Below, one piece after another: positions 53,863 to 64,000 of a DNA stretch of 64,000 bases. The stretch's first letter is position 1. Each line of letters opens with the position of its first letter. The notes under the pieces were generated by a model. That model saw only the letters and a list, made by a program, of their open reading frames with translations, had not been told where the DNA came from and searched no databases. Both the position numbers and the translations under genes were made by a program. Origin of the DNA: Octopus vulgaris (lineage: Eukaryota); the NCBI GenBank assembly GCA_951406725.2, contig OX597815.1:122140001-122204000 (forward strand), in the 5' to 3' direction.

Positions 53863-54968
53863 TGTAGCGTAGACTCAGGTGAAATTCCTGTCTCCCATTT
53901 ATTATATATACATGCCTTTGAATGTAGCAGGGAACAGCTAGCCTTTCACTGCTATTTGGATCCCATCATGTCCACTACTCTGATTGGTTGGTATTGGCAA
54001 TTTGTCTCTTACTTGATTGCGCCAACTGCCATGTAAAACCAGTCAGAGGCCCTAAATAGGATCACAGGGGACAGTCTGTTTAGCACCCTAGTTTTGAACC
54101 TATTGCTCCTTATAAAAACTCAGCTTTTCCTCATTCTGAGGTTTTTGGTTCCAGACCTTTTAAGATCTAGTCACTAACCACAAAGACACAACCAGTTCCA
54201 GTGACAACACCACAGCAGCTACATTGAGGCTTACCAATTTCGTCCAACAGCAACCTCCATCTTTGTCACCACCATCATATCCTTAATGTTGCCAACATCA
54301 TTTCTCTTTGTACACAGCTCAGCAAGCAACTCGCCCTGGTTCCAACATTTCTTTGTTCGTGAATTACTTCACCATGGACCAACAGTGAACAGACAACCTG
54401 CATGAACTCCTGTACTAAGTGACACAGGCAGCAGCATCATAGCCATGACTTCACATACAACATGTTCCCATAACCAGTTCAGCATCATGGCTGCAACTTC
54501 TTGATACAATATTTCAACTACCGTTTGTTATTGACTATGAACGGGTATTCAACTTTCTTGTGTCTATGAACTTCTCACTTCAATGGCTATAGACTTTCTC
54601 ACTGTCATCATTTTCCTTGCTATCCTTAAATGTTCTTAACACACGCATACATCAATGCTTACACACACATATTCAGTTTGTTCTCATAATGGCCTGTCTG
54701 TTATTCTGTACACATGATGCACACACAGACACACACGTTAACATATTAACGCACACAGAGACACACATGTTAACATATCAATAAATCTTCTCTTAATCAT
54801 TCTATGCAGTTGTATCTCCTTTTCCTTCTGGCATTTATATCCTCCATTCAATTTCTCTTTTTCCATCTGGCAATTAAATAGTTCTATCTATTTTTCTTTT
54901 AATGTAACAGCCATGTGATGTGGTACTAAAGAGCCATTCTCTTCACCTCATATTCATGGTCTCTTACA
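53863..54968 (+). mobile_element. Probable solo LTR (Gypsy-like)
   Basis: TGTA...TACA termini flanked by the 4-bp direct repeat GAAC (53859-53862 and 54969-54972); internal TATAAAA (about 54111) and AATAAA (about 54780). Confidence 0.55.
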
Positions 54969-55199
54969 GAACCTTCCAATCACACCTTGATTATTTCTGT
55001 TGGTTACAGACGAGGAAGATTGCTGAAGACCTTTTTCTTGCATTTCTTGCAGATGTTCACTCAGTTCATCAATAAAATTATTCAAATTTGTATTTCATCT
55101 TTATTATCGAACTGTTATTCAAATTTTTTATAAATTCTTTCGTACATACTTAGCATTGTAAATGTATTTTTTTCAAAATTCTTACTATTTTAATAATAA

Positions 55200-55380
55200 T
55201 AAAGCCATGCAAAGTTGGCAAAATTCCCACGTTTTCCCCTTTTCTTTGAGCTTCTTTCATTTCTCCAGATGACATGGTGCTACCTTTTCTTCATCATCTA
55301 AAAGGCCATTTCTTCGTAAAAAGGCAAATGCCTTCATTTCATAGCTGATCACATGGAAAAAATCTTTAGCCAACATCTTA
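55200..55380 (-). mobile_element. Possible DNA-transposon (Merlin/ISXO2-like) N-terminal remnant
   Basis: Minus strand MLAKDFFHVISYEMKAFAFLRRNGLLDDEEKVAPCH* resembles the 'FL...GLL.....C' transposase N-terminus; weak support. Confidence 0.3.
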
Positions 55381-56575
55381 AAGGTTTTTAGCAATTGAAA
55401 AATAAACTAAAAAGTAACCTAAAGTAATCGCCCTTTAAATTGAAGATCATACGCCAAAGTAACACCTAAAATTGCTTGTTCTTCAGACCACGAAAGTAAT
55501 ATTAGTGATTTGAAAAAAATTGAGATTAACAGAGCAACTGGTGGATAGAAACTTTACGAATGTTTAACTGTGTAAAACAAGAAGCAGGGGAGATAACTTC
55601 CTTTCTCTTTTTTTTTTTTAGATGAAACTATATTTATCGAAAAGAACGCAGCGTAAAATGGTAAAAAAATAGCGTAAAAATAAAATGAACTCAATAAATG
55701 AAGACACATGCATGCTCCAGTTATAAACCACCCCAGGAGACTCTGGTATTCCTTTCTAAAAATGTTTAAGGAACTCTAAAAACACTCATGACGTTAGCAA
55801 TGGTAATGGCGACGTTCAGGCGCCAACTGTTGGGTACCCTTACACGTATTATCCACTACTAGTGATATCAGATATTTTGAGGAGCTGCACCGCTGACAAG
55901 GAAGTTTTTTTTTTTTTTTTTACTTCATTAGCCTCCCGTCTCAGCCTTGTAACAGTTGATGTACGTGAAAGTATCTACTTCAGGTTGTCCCCATTTTTTT
56001 TTTTAGAAAAGAAACCATACCCCTTCACGCAATATAGAGCTGAGGGAGTATGCATACTTCTTTATGTCATTTGTCTATACCTTACTTTTCTGTTTAATTT
56101 TTCAATTTGGGTTGTGTTCCTTTTTCGATAACATTTACTTCAATAACATAGGCACAAGCATGGTTGTGTGCAACAAAGCAGTTTCAGATTTATTTCCAGG
56201 TTCCACTGCGCAGCTTCATTTGGTAAATGTCTTCCGCCATAGCCCCAGGCTGATCAATGCCCAAGGAGTGAAGTTGGTGGCCGGAAACCGTGTGGAAGCT
56301 CGCCGTGTACATACACATATCATCATCATCATCATCATCATCATTTAGCGTCCGTTTTCCATGCTAGCATGGGTTGGACGGTTTAACTGGGGTCTGTGAA
56401 GCCGGAAGGCTTAGACCCAGTCAGATTTGCCCTTCCTAACGCCAACCACTTAAATATATTCTTTAACCTTATAAAACAAGCCTTCTGTAGTTTTTTCACT
56501 CTTTTCTATTTTCTATATATCCAACCACGTATTTTCACACACCAACTTTCTCGCCTATATATATATATATATAAA

Positions 56576-57203
56576 AATTAGTTGTTATCGCCATATTAAT
56601 ATGGCAGTCTTATAGATATAAGACTAAAGCTGTCGTTGATTAGCTCCATTGTTCGAAGGTTATAATGGACACAGTTTGTGTGTCAAATAGCTATCTTAAG
56701 GCGATGGCCTCATGGAGCTAATCAACGACAGCTTTAGTCTTATATCTATAAGACTGCCATATTAATATGGCGATAACAATTAATTTCCAGTAACGCTGCC
56801 GTAATCTCTTTTAGAGAGACTTAGTAATTTTAATATTTCTATTATTGAAAACAAGTGGATGTATTCCACCGAAACTAGGTAAATAAAACCTTCGAACAGA
56901 GACGGTCAGTGGCGACACATGCTGGGTCTGACTACGCTACATTGACAAAGGGCAAATACCCTGAAACGCGTCTGTAGCTGTCTGACTGGCAGTGTGAAGC
57001 AGCTGACCTCCCTTGTTCGAAGGTTATAATGGACACAGTTTGTGTGTCATATAGCTATCAGAAGGCGATGGTCTCATGGAGCTAACCAACGACAGCTTTA
57101 GTCTTATATCTATAAGACTGCCACATTAATATGGCGATAACAATTAATTTCCAGTAACGCTGCCGTAATCTCTTTTAGAGAGACTTAGTAATTTTAATAT
57201 TTC

Positions 57204-57209
<6 letters not shown>
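56576..57209 (+). mobile_element. Penelope-like pseudo-LTR structure (inverted plus tandem partial repeats) within (TA)n
   Basis: 74-bp inverted arms at 56576-56649 and 56712-56785; direct repeats of about 195 bp at 56650-56844 and 57014-57209; hammerhead motif between them. Confidence 0.7.
56936..56978 (+). ncRNA. Minimal type I hammerhead ribozyme motif, core mutated
   Basis: gctaca-TTGACAA-aggg caaata ccct-GAAA-cgcg-TC-tgtagc: perfect 6-bp stem I, 4-bp stem II, palindromic ACGCGT stem III, GUC cleavage triplet. Confidence 0.65.
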
Positions 57210-57236
<27 letters not shown>

Positions 57237-58796
57237 AACATACACACACAACGACGGGCTCTCTCGTGTGTATGTGTGTGTGTGGAGGATGCATGGCTTT
57301 GTGGTTAGGGTGTTGCACTCACGATCGAGAGATAGAGGTTTCACTTTCTGGACTAGTCGGTACGTAGCGTTCTTGAGCAAAACACTTCATCTCACGTTAC
57401 TCTGCAATTACTTCAGCGCCTGTTCAGGCAATATCGATTTGATGGAATGACTGAACTTAATGTACAGCACATTGATCACAATAACAACCAAATCATCTCT
57501 ACAGATTGTTCAACAAGAAATCACGGAACCGTATTTCGCAGAATGAGACTATGTGCGTGCGTGTGTTGTTTCTGCTCTACCAACCGGTGCTGGTTTGTTT
57601 ATGCTATTGTAACTAAACTGTTTGGCAATGAGTCTGACGGAATGAGTAAAGGGTAAAGATTCCCTTCGGTCATGATTGACCATAGGATTGCCCCTAGAAA
57701 GTTCCCCTCCGAGGCACGCGTCCGGGCAAGATTGTTTATAGAAGACCAGCAGTCGCCCATTCATACCAGACTCCCTCTCCACGCCACCGATGTTAACGAA
57801 GGGAAACGCAAAGGCAGATACAGATACAGATGTTGTAACTCATTTCTACAGCTGAGTGAATTGGAGCAACGTGAAATAAAGTGTCTTGTTCAAGAACAGA
57901 ACACAACATGCAGCCCGGTCTGGGAATTGTGCTCACTACCTCATGATTATGAGCCCGACGCTCTAACCAGTGAGTCATGTAGAATGAGTACTCGACTAAT
58001 AATAAAAATAATTATAAATAAAGCAAAGGGGTCGTTTTGTGTCACTAAACCCTTCAAGGCGGTGCGTCAGCATAGTCACAGCCTGAATGACTGACGTATT
58101 TAAAGATGAAAGATAAATTGACCAAATGCAGATCGACATTTTGGGGCAACACAGTCGATGTAGTTTGGGATAGATCAATTAATGAAAGCATATTGTAACA
58201 AGAACAGCCATTTTATCCTTAAACAACAGTTGTAAAAATTAGAAACCCTGAAAGATTTTTTTAATGGTACAGCCTAACGTTCTAAGGACATTTTCGATTT
58301 TATTTGACACAAGTCTAAAAATATTGCAGTCAGCCATTTTACTGGAGTTCACGAAGATCGTTCCAAAGAGTTACCTCCCTTAGACCGTTACTTTCTGACA
58401 AATGCGAGGTTGTCTTTAGAAATAATATTCGCACCTTCTCGATTTACGACCTGTGCAACTTAAGATCATCCGTACTTAGAACCACAAAAAATATGTTTCG
58501 GACGTTGGGCAGCTGTGCGTAAGATAACTACGGCTGCATCTGGCAACTCAAATCTCTCTCAGACACAGGAGGCATCCACTGCCTGCCACTGTCTCTCACT
58601 CATTCGCTTTGAAGCATCATTTGCGTTTGAATGAAAAATATAAATCTGACATACGACCGGATCGAATTACGACCACTCAGTTGGAACAGAACTAGGTCGT
58701 AGGTCGAGGTGTATTTCGTGTTCTCTGTGAAACAACATCGTGTTCGCTTTAGTGATCTATTCCAAAAATAAGTCCCTGAATCTAATTTATCATATA

Positions 58797-59284
58797 CTAG
58801 CAGTATCGTCCGGCGTTGCTCGGGTTTGTAAGGGAAATAACTATATAAGCATTTTTAGAGAGTTATAACCAAAAAATAGCAAAAATGGGAGAAAAATGAT
58901 GGTAAATTTTTTTTTAAATCGTTGACTCATCGTAGACATTTTTAGAGAGTTACTTCCCTTATATAATAGCGAAAAAAATGCATTAAAATGGAGAAAAATG
59001 ATGGTAAATTTTTTTTTAAATCGTTGACTCATCGTAGACATTTTTAGAGAGTTACTTCCCTTATATAATAGCGAAAAAAATGCATTAAAATGGAAAAAAA
59101 ATGATGGTAAATTTTTTTTAAATCGTAGACTCATCGTAGACGCGCTCTAATACCCAGAAGGGCTCGATATGAATCACGACTATAAGATACCCGGTTTTGG
59201 TTAAACTGCACCACAAAATGTGGGAGTAGTTAGGAATCTAAATCGTAGGAGACAGACACATAACCTCTCTTTTATATATAAAGA
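58797..59284 (-). mobile_element. Non-autonomous Helitron with an internal tandem repeat of about 102 bp
   Basis: Minus strand A|TCTTTATATATAAAAG ... hairpin ccgagcaacgccgg ... CTAG|T: 5'-TC, 3'-CTAG, A|T insertion site; about 2.7 internal repeat copies. Confidence 0.8.
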
Positions 59285-60559
59285 TTTATTCATTCCTAAA
59301 TATAAGTTGACGTGTGTGTTTTGTGTCCGCTCTGTGCATGTACATGTACAATATAGATCACTATTTTTTAAAATTAGCTTTAAACTGCCTAATTAATCTA
59401 ATACATGAACTTTTTTTTTTTTTTACCCTTTTTTAAACCTAATAAATATCCTGCCTCATTTTCCCAATATTTCCTTGCAGTCGTAAGCTATATGCTTTGC
59501 AAAACATGTTAGTGTATAGAGCAAGGGAGAGCACTCTATAGAGAAGGTTATGATAATTAGATGTAAGGGAGGTAATACGATAGTGCAAACGAATGTCAAA
59601 AAAGTTACGAGATGATACGTGTCGTAGGGGTATGTTTAAATCTGACGAATAATTAACAAAATAATATTAGAAAATTATTTCCCGATCGATAAAGGATTAA
59701 ATATTTCTGTGGTGTGTGCGAGGTGACGTCATCCCACAATTTCAAACATGGAATTCGTATTAGTTTGTTAAAATTAACAAACTAGATTGATTGATCGAAC
59801 AATTAATCAAACAATCGTTTAGTTTACTTGGCTAAATGTTAAAGAATTGATTAATAATAATCATACTAGTAAATAGAAACATAGCGTGTGTTTATTATTG
59901 TCAAATGCCCCTCCCGAGATACAACAAAATGTGATTCAACACACGAGTTTACATCAAGAATCGTGCAAACCAAATATAACAACAACGTATTTTATATCGT
60001 TACATTTAAGCAGTGCTGTTGTTTCAAATATACAAATGAGGTTGTGCGTTCAAGGAAAACCTGATATATTTATGATTTGAAAATCATACGGATTGTAGAG
60101 CACCAATGAAATAACAATAAAAACTTCCCAGTGCATGGGTGTTTATTATACAATGTAGAAGTAATATCAAGCTGAAAAAGATTTGTTGAACATTATAATA
60201 CGGTCATTTTAAAATATAAATGGCATTTTATAGAATTTTTTTTAAATGGCTTATAAGGTAAAAAAAAAAGTAATAACAAAAAAAATAGAACAACATCCAT
60301 GACTTCAGGGAACATTTTATCACATTAGAAATATTGAGGCATAGAATAAACTACAAGCATCTGTTGTTAACTGTCAGGACACTGCATCCCTAAAAACTTA
60401 CATGCTTCACAAACTTTACCAAAACTACTCCTGACATGCCTAAGCACCTTTTTTTTTACTCTTTTAACGCTTGCTTTTCTATCTTTTTGTGTTTTATTCT
60501 GTGTACAGTGTATGTATTACTGAATAATTGTAATGAGACACAGCATGTGACCAGTGCTG

Positions 60560-62300
60560 TTTGACCTACCTTCACAAAACTGTTAACTTCATCATGGCAG
60601 GTATCATTGTAGAGAGACAAACTTCAGTAAGAGTGAAAACAAAAAATACAAAGTGAAGAAGGATGAAATCAAGGGATGCTTCCGCATGAAGCTAAGTAAC
60701 CAGCACGAAACTCTGGAAGTGGGAGAACTGAGGCAATAGGAAAAGAAGAGAGGCATCTGTGAATACCTATATGGAGAAAGCATGCCATGACACAGCAAAA
60801 GAAGTAGAAGGGTATAAGGAAAGGAAAACAAAGCCCTAGATTATTCAGGAAGCTTGTCTAATTATTGATTAGAAGAAGAATGTACATCTTAAGGTCAACG
60901 GGACTAGATCAGAGAGATTGAACCAGGTATACTTGAAGGTATTTAGAAAGAAGAATAGAAAAGTTAAGAGTCAGATTCAAAAGGACAAGAAAATGTGGCT
61001 AGAGAACATTGCACAAGAGGTTTGAGAAGCAGTATATGAGGACCCTGTATAGATTTACTTGGGTCCTAAGAAATGAAAGGCCAAGACACAGTGCCACTGT
61101 GAAAACTGCAAGAAGTGGCTGGGCATCATTCTGCTTGTGAGTAAGGTTCTGAACCAGATACTCATTGTTAGGGTCAAGACAGATTTTAACAGCTGATTTA
61201 AGAAGGAATAGGCTGGATAAAGGACAAGAAGTGGCACCACAAAACAAATCTCCATAATATGCAATATCATCAAGCAACCATATGAAAGGTGAGCTTCTTT
61301 ATACATCAACTTCATTGACTTCAAAAATACCTTTGACTCAGTGCACAAAGAAAGTCTTTGGATTATAATGAAGTCACACAACATCACAGATACCACTGGA
61401 GTGGTGAAAGCTTTGTATAGCTTTTAATGTGTGGTCAATGATAAGGGTGAAACCAGAGACTGGCCTAAGATAAAGCAGGTGCAATATATATGGTTTCTAT
61501 TCCTGTTCATCATCAACTGGATCATGAGGTGAATGGTAGGAAATGGAGAGAATTGTAGCAGGTTGAAATTCACCTCAAAGCTGACCTTGCTGATGATATC
61601 ACATTGTTGTCATCTTCAAGCAATAAACTCAGCCAAAGATGGAGGACAGACAAGGCACAGGCCTGAAGTGGAACATTGGAAAGATTCTGGAAATGAATAT
61701 CAACAATGCAGACAGCATCACAATGAATGTAGAGACAATGGATGATGTCAAGTCTGAATACATAATACCTAGGAGCTTCTGTCTCTAATGTTGGATGTCA
61801 TACCATGAACCTGGAAAACAGACTGGTTAAAGCCCAAGTCATGTCTGAAGAGCATCTGGAGCTTCAATAGCATCACTTATAACGGAAAAATGAAACTACA
61901 AATCTTTGGTAACGACATTTCTGATGAATTGCTTTGAAGCTGACAAAGGGAGACAATAGGAAGCTAGACATCTTTCAGAAGAGATATTTAAGTTACAGTG
62001 GAAAGATCACACAAAGAATTAGGCCAAGCTCAAAAGAATTGAACAGCAAACTACAAAGAAGATAGAAGTACATTAACCACTCTTTGAGGAAAGATCCTTA
62101 CAACAATTGTATGATAGCCATGGAATGGGCCTCTGATAGAAGAAAGAAGCACAGAAGACCCAAGAACACCTGCAGAAGAAGTGCTGAAAAAAAGAGAGGA
62201 AGACTACTGGATGGGGAATGTGGGATCAGCTGTGAACCAGGCAGCTTGAAGGGAGAGAGTAAAAACCATATGTGCCACCTGGGCAAGAAATGGAAAGAAC
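60560..62300 (+). mobile_element. Degraded RTE-clade LINE
   Basis: Remnants resembling LYINFIDFKNTFDSVHKESLWIIM, FLFLFIINWIM, and C-terminal MEWASDRRKKHRRPKNTCRR. Confidence 0.7.
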
Positions 62301-62933
62301 AGTAGAAGTCACTTACCAAAAGAGCTGAAAGGTTGAGATTCAACATAGAACCATGTGGATGTCATATAGACTTGTTTACTATTCACAAAAACACACACAG
62401 TGAAGCAAGTAAAAAGTCAGAGATAAAAACAAAGTTGATACAGATATGTTCCGCCAATTCTGTTCAGATTTTGACAGCACAATAAAACTGGTAAGAATAA
62501 ACTTTCAATGATGCCTCAATAGGCCATCAAATGATTGAATGCATGTGTGAAAGCCTATCACACTATATTAATTAATACAATTTGGTATTGTCTCAGCTAG
62601 TATCAATTCTCTTGTTCTTAAGTAACAAAATTAGAGACTTCATGTTTACATCCTCTGAGCAACCAAATCTGTGCATATATTTACACTAGGATTTATAGTT
62701 ATCTCAGGTATGAATCAGCTTCAAATGTATTCATACTATTCAATTATAAAATAATTCATGAAACAATTTTATTTAGGTGTAATTCTTTTTTTTATCAATT
62801 CAACAGAATAAAAATCCAACATTAAACCTGGCTTCAGTCATTACTAAGCTAGTTTCCAAAGTAACATAGTGATCATACACATAAAATACATTGATTGAAA
62901 TTAATTTATTTAGAGGAAAATAAAATTGCTTAC

Positions 62934-63051
62934 CAAGTGGTTGATGGCTCTGGTTTACCAGTAATAATACACTTTAGATGAACAGAAGAATCTTCATAGC
63001 TGCACATATTCACCAATGGTTCTACAATCTCTGGAGCACATTCTGGCATTT
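62934..63051 (-). CDS. Multi-Ig (titin/obscurin/MLCK-like) gene, exon A: N-half of I-set Ig domain 1
   Basis: Acceptor ttatag| and donor TG|gtaagc; phase 1 to phase 2. Translates MPECAPEIVEPLVNMCSYEDSSVHLKCIITGKPEPSTT(W), matching the I-set A-B-C strand pattern (P.I..PL......V.L.C.I.G.P.P...W). Confidence 0.85.
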
Positions 63052-63159
63052 CTATAAACATATAAAATTTAATTGATGTTGTTTTGATCCACACAATGAT
63101 TATTTCTAATTTAGATACAAGGTCAACAGTTTTGAGGGAAGGGATTAGTCAATTGGTCA

Positions 63160-64000
63160 CTTTAAAATATTCTGGTGGACATGAGTTGCATCTTGGGGTG
63201 AAGATTAAAATCATAGCTGCTGAAGTCACAGTGTTGATTAAAGCGCTCAAATGTGGCAAGGCCATTGGAGAGGATGGAATTTGGCTTGAGACGTTAAAGG
63301 CCTTAAAGAAGGTATTCACTGACTGATTCCAGTATGCCAGGTGGCTTGGAACTCTGGAGAGACACCACAGCAATGGCAATATAGAATATCTGGAAAAGCG
63401 ATATAAAAAAATTGATGAAGAACATCCTGGATGCAGCACAACTACCTGAATATTCACTCTTTGACAGGTCTTCAAGAAATTGTGTGAAAATTGCCAAGAG
63501 GCATATGCTTGCTTTGTAAACTTCAAAAAAACATATGACCATATACCATGAGACATTTTGTGGAAGGTTTTACAGGAGTTTGGGATTAATGGGCAACTTC
63601 TAGTTGCCCAGATGTTTGTGTTTGGGTAAATGGGGCTATATTGATACCATTCAATGTGGGTGTTGGACATTAGTAGGGGTGTATAGTGTCACTTCCTCTT
63701 TCCATAATTTTTATGAATTGGATTGACATGCACAGCTATTGCAGAAGTGGTATCACAATTAGTAGATGAAGGAATGGTTGCCTGATATTTGCAGATGACA
63801 TCATGCTACATGGTTCATTAGAAGGTGATCTCCAACACGCACTGAATCGGTTCATTGGTGAGTGCTGCAAAATATGGATGAGAATTAGTGTTGCAAAGAC
63901 TGAGACATTGGTCCTCTTAAGTAACTCATCCTATTATACTTTGCACATTAACGGAACATCACTCAGAGCCATATTCACGAATGCTGGAAGACAAGATGCT
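63160..64000 (+). mobile_element. Degraded RTE-like LINE RT fragment
   Basis: EVTVLIKALKCGKAIGEDGIWLETLKAL; CFVNFKKTYDHIP; IFADDIML near 63785. Confidence 0.8.

Noticed and set aside
58490-58530. Plus-strand mini first exon ATGTTTCGG...TGC|gtaag
   Set aside because: No downstream plus-strand exons were identified; insufficient evidence beyond the CpG-rich context.
59641-59690. CTGACGA...GAAA hammerhead-like motif
   Set aside because: Stems are AT-only and weak, with no convincing stem I or III; likely chance.

Overview
AT-rich animal genomic DNA, dense in microsatellites and SINEs. The repeat families look like those of Octopus (inference from SINE sequences; not confirmed by a search). I reconstructed one protein-coding gene on the minus strand from 10 GT-AG exons between 63051 and 2143, with matching splice phases. 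It continues beyond both window edges and encodes tandem intracellular I-set Ig domains (four complete plus one half), like titin/obscurin/MLCK-type muscle proteins. The most striking feature is a 24 x 30-bp array (24994-25713) whose unit is the intron/exon junction itself: the last 11 nt of an intron plus the first 19 nt of an Ig exon. This gives 20 in-frame AG|GT sites, so splice choice could yield an intact Ig domain or one carrying up to 23 decapeptide repeats. The introns hold degraded LINEs (CR1/L2, RTE, R4-like), Penelope-like remnants, a mariner relic, MITEs, a non-autonomous Helitron, a probable solo LTR, and several minimal type I hammerhead-ribozyme motifs, three of them in fold-back or pseudo-LTR structures. 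Most short ORFs in the supplied track are microsatellite or SINE artefacts.
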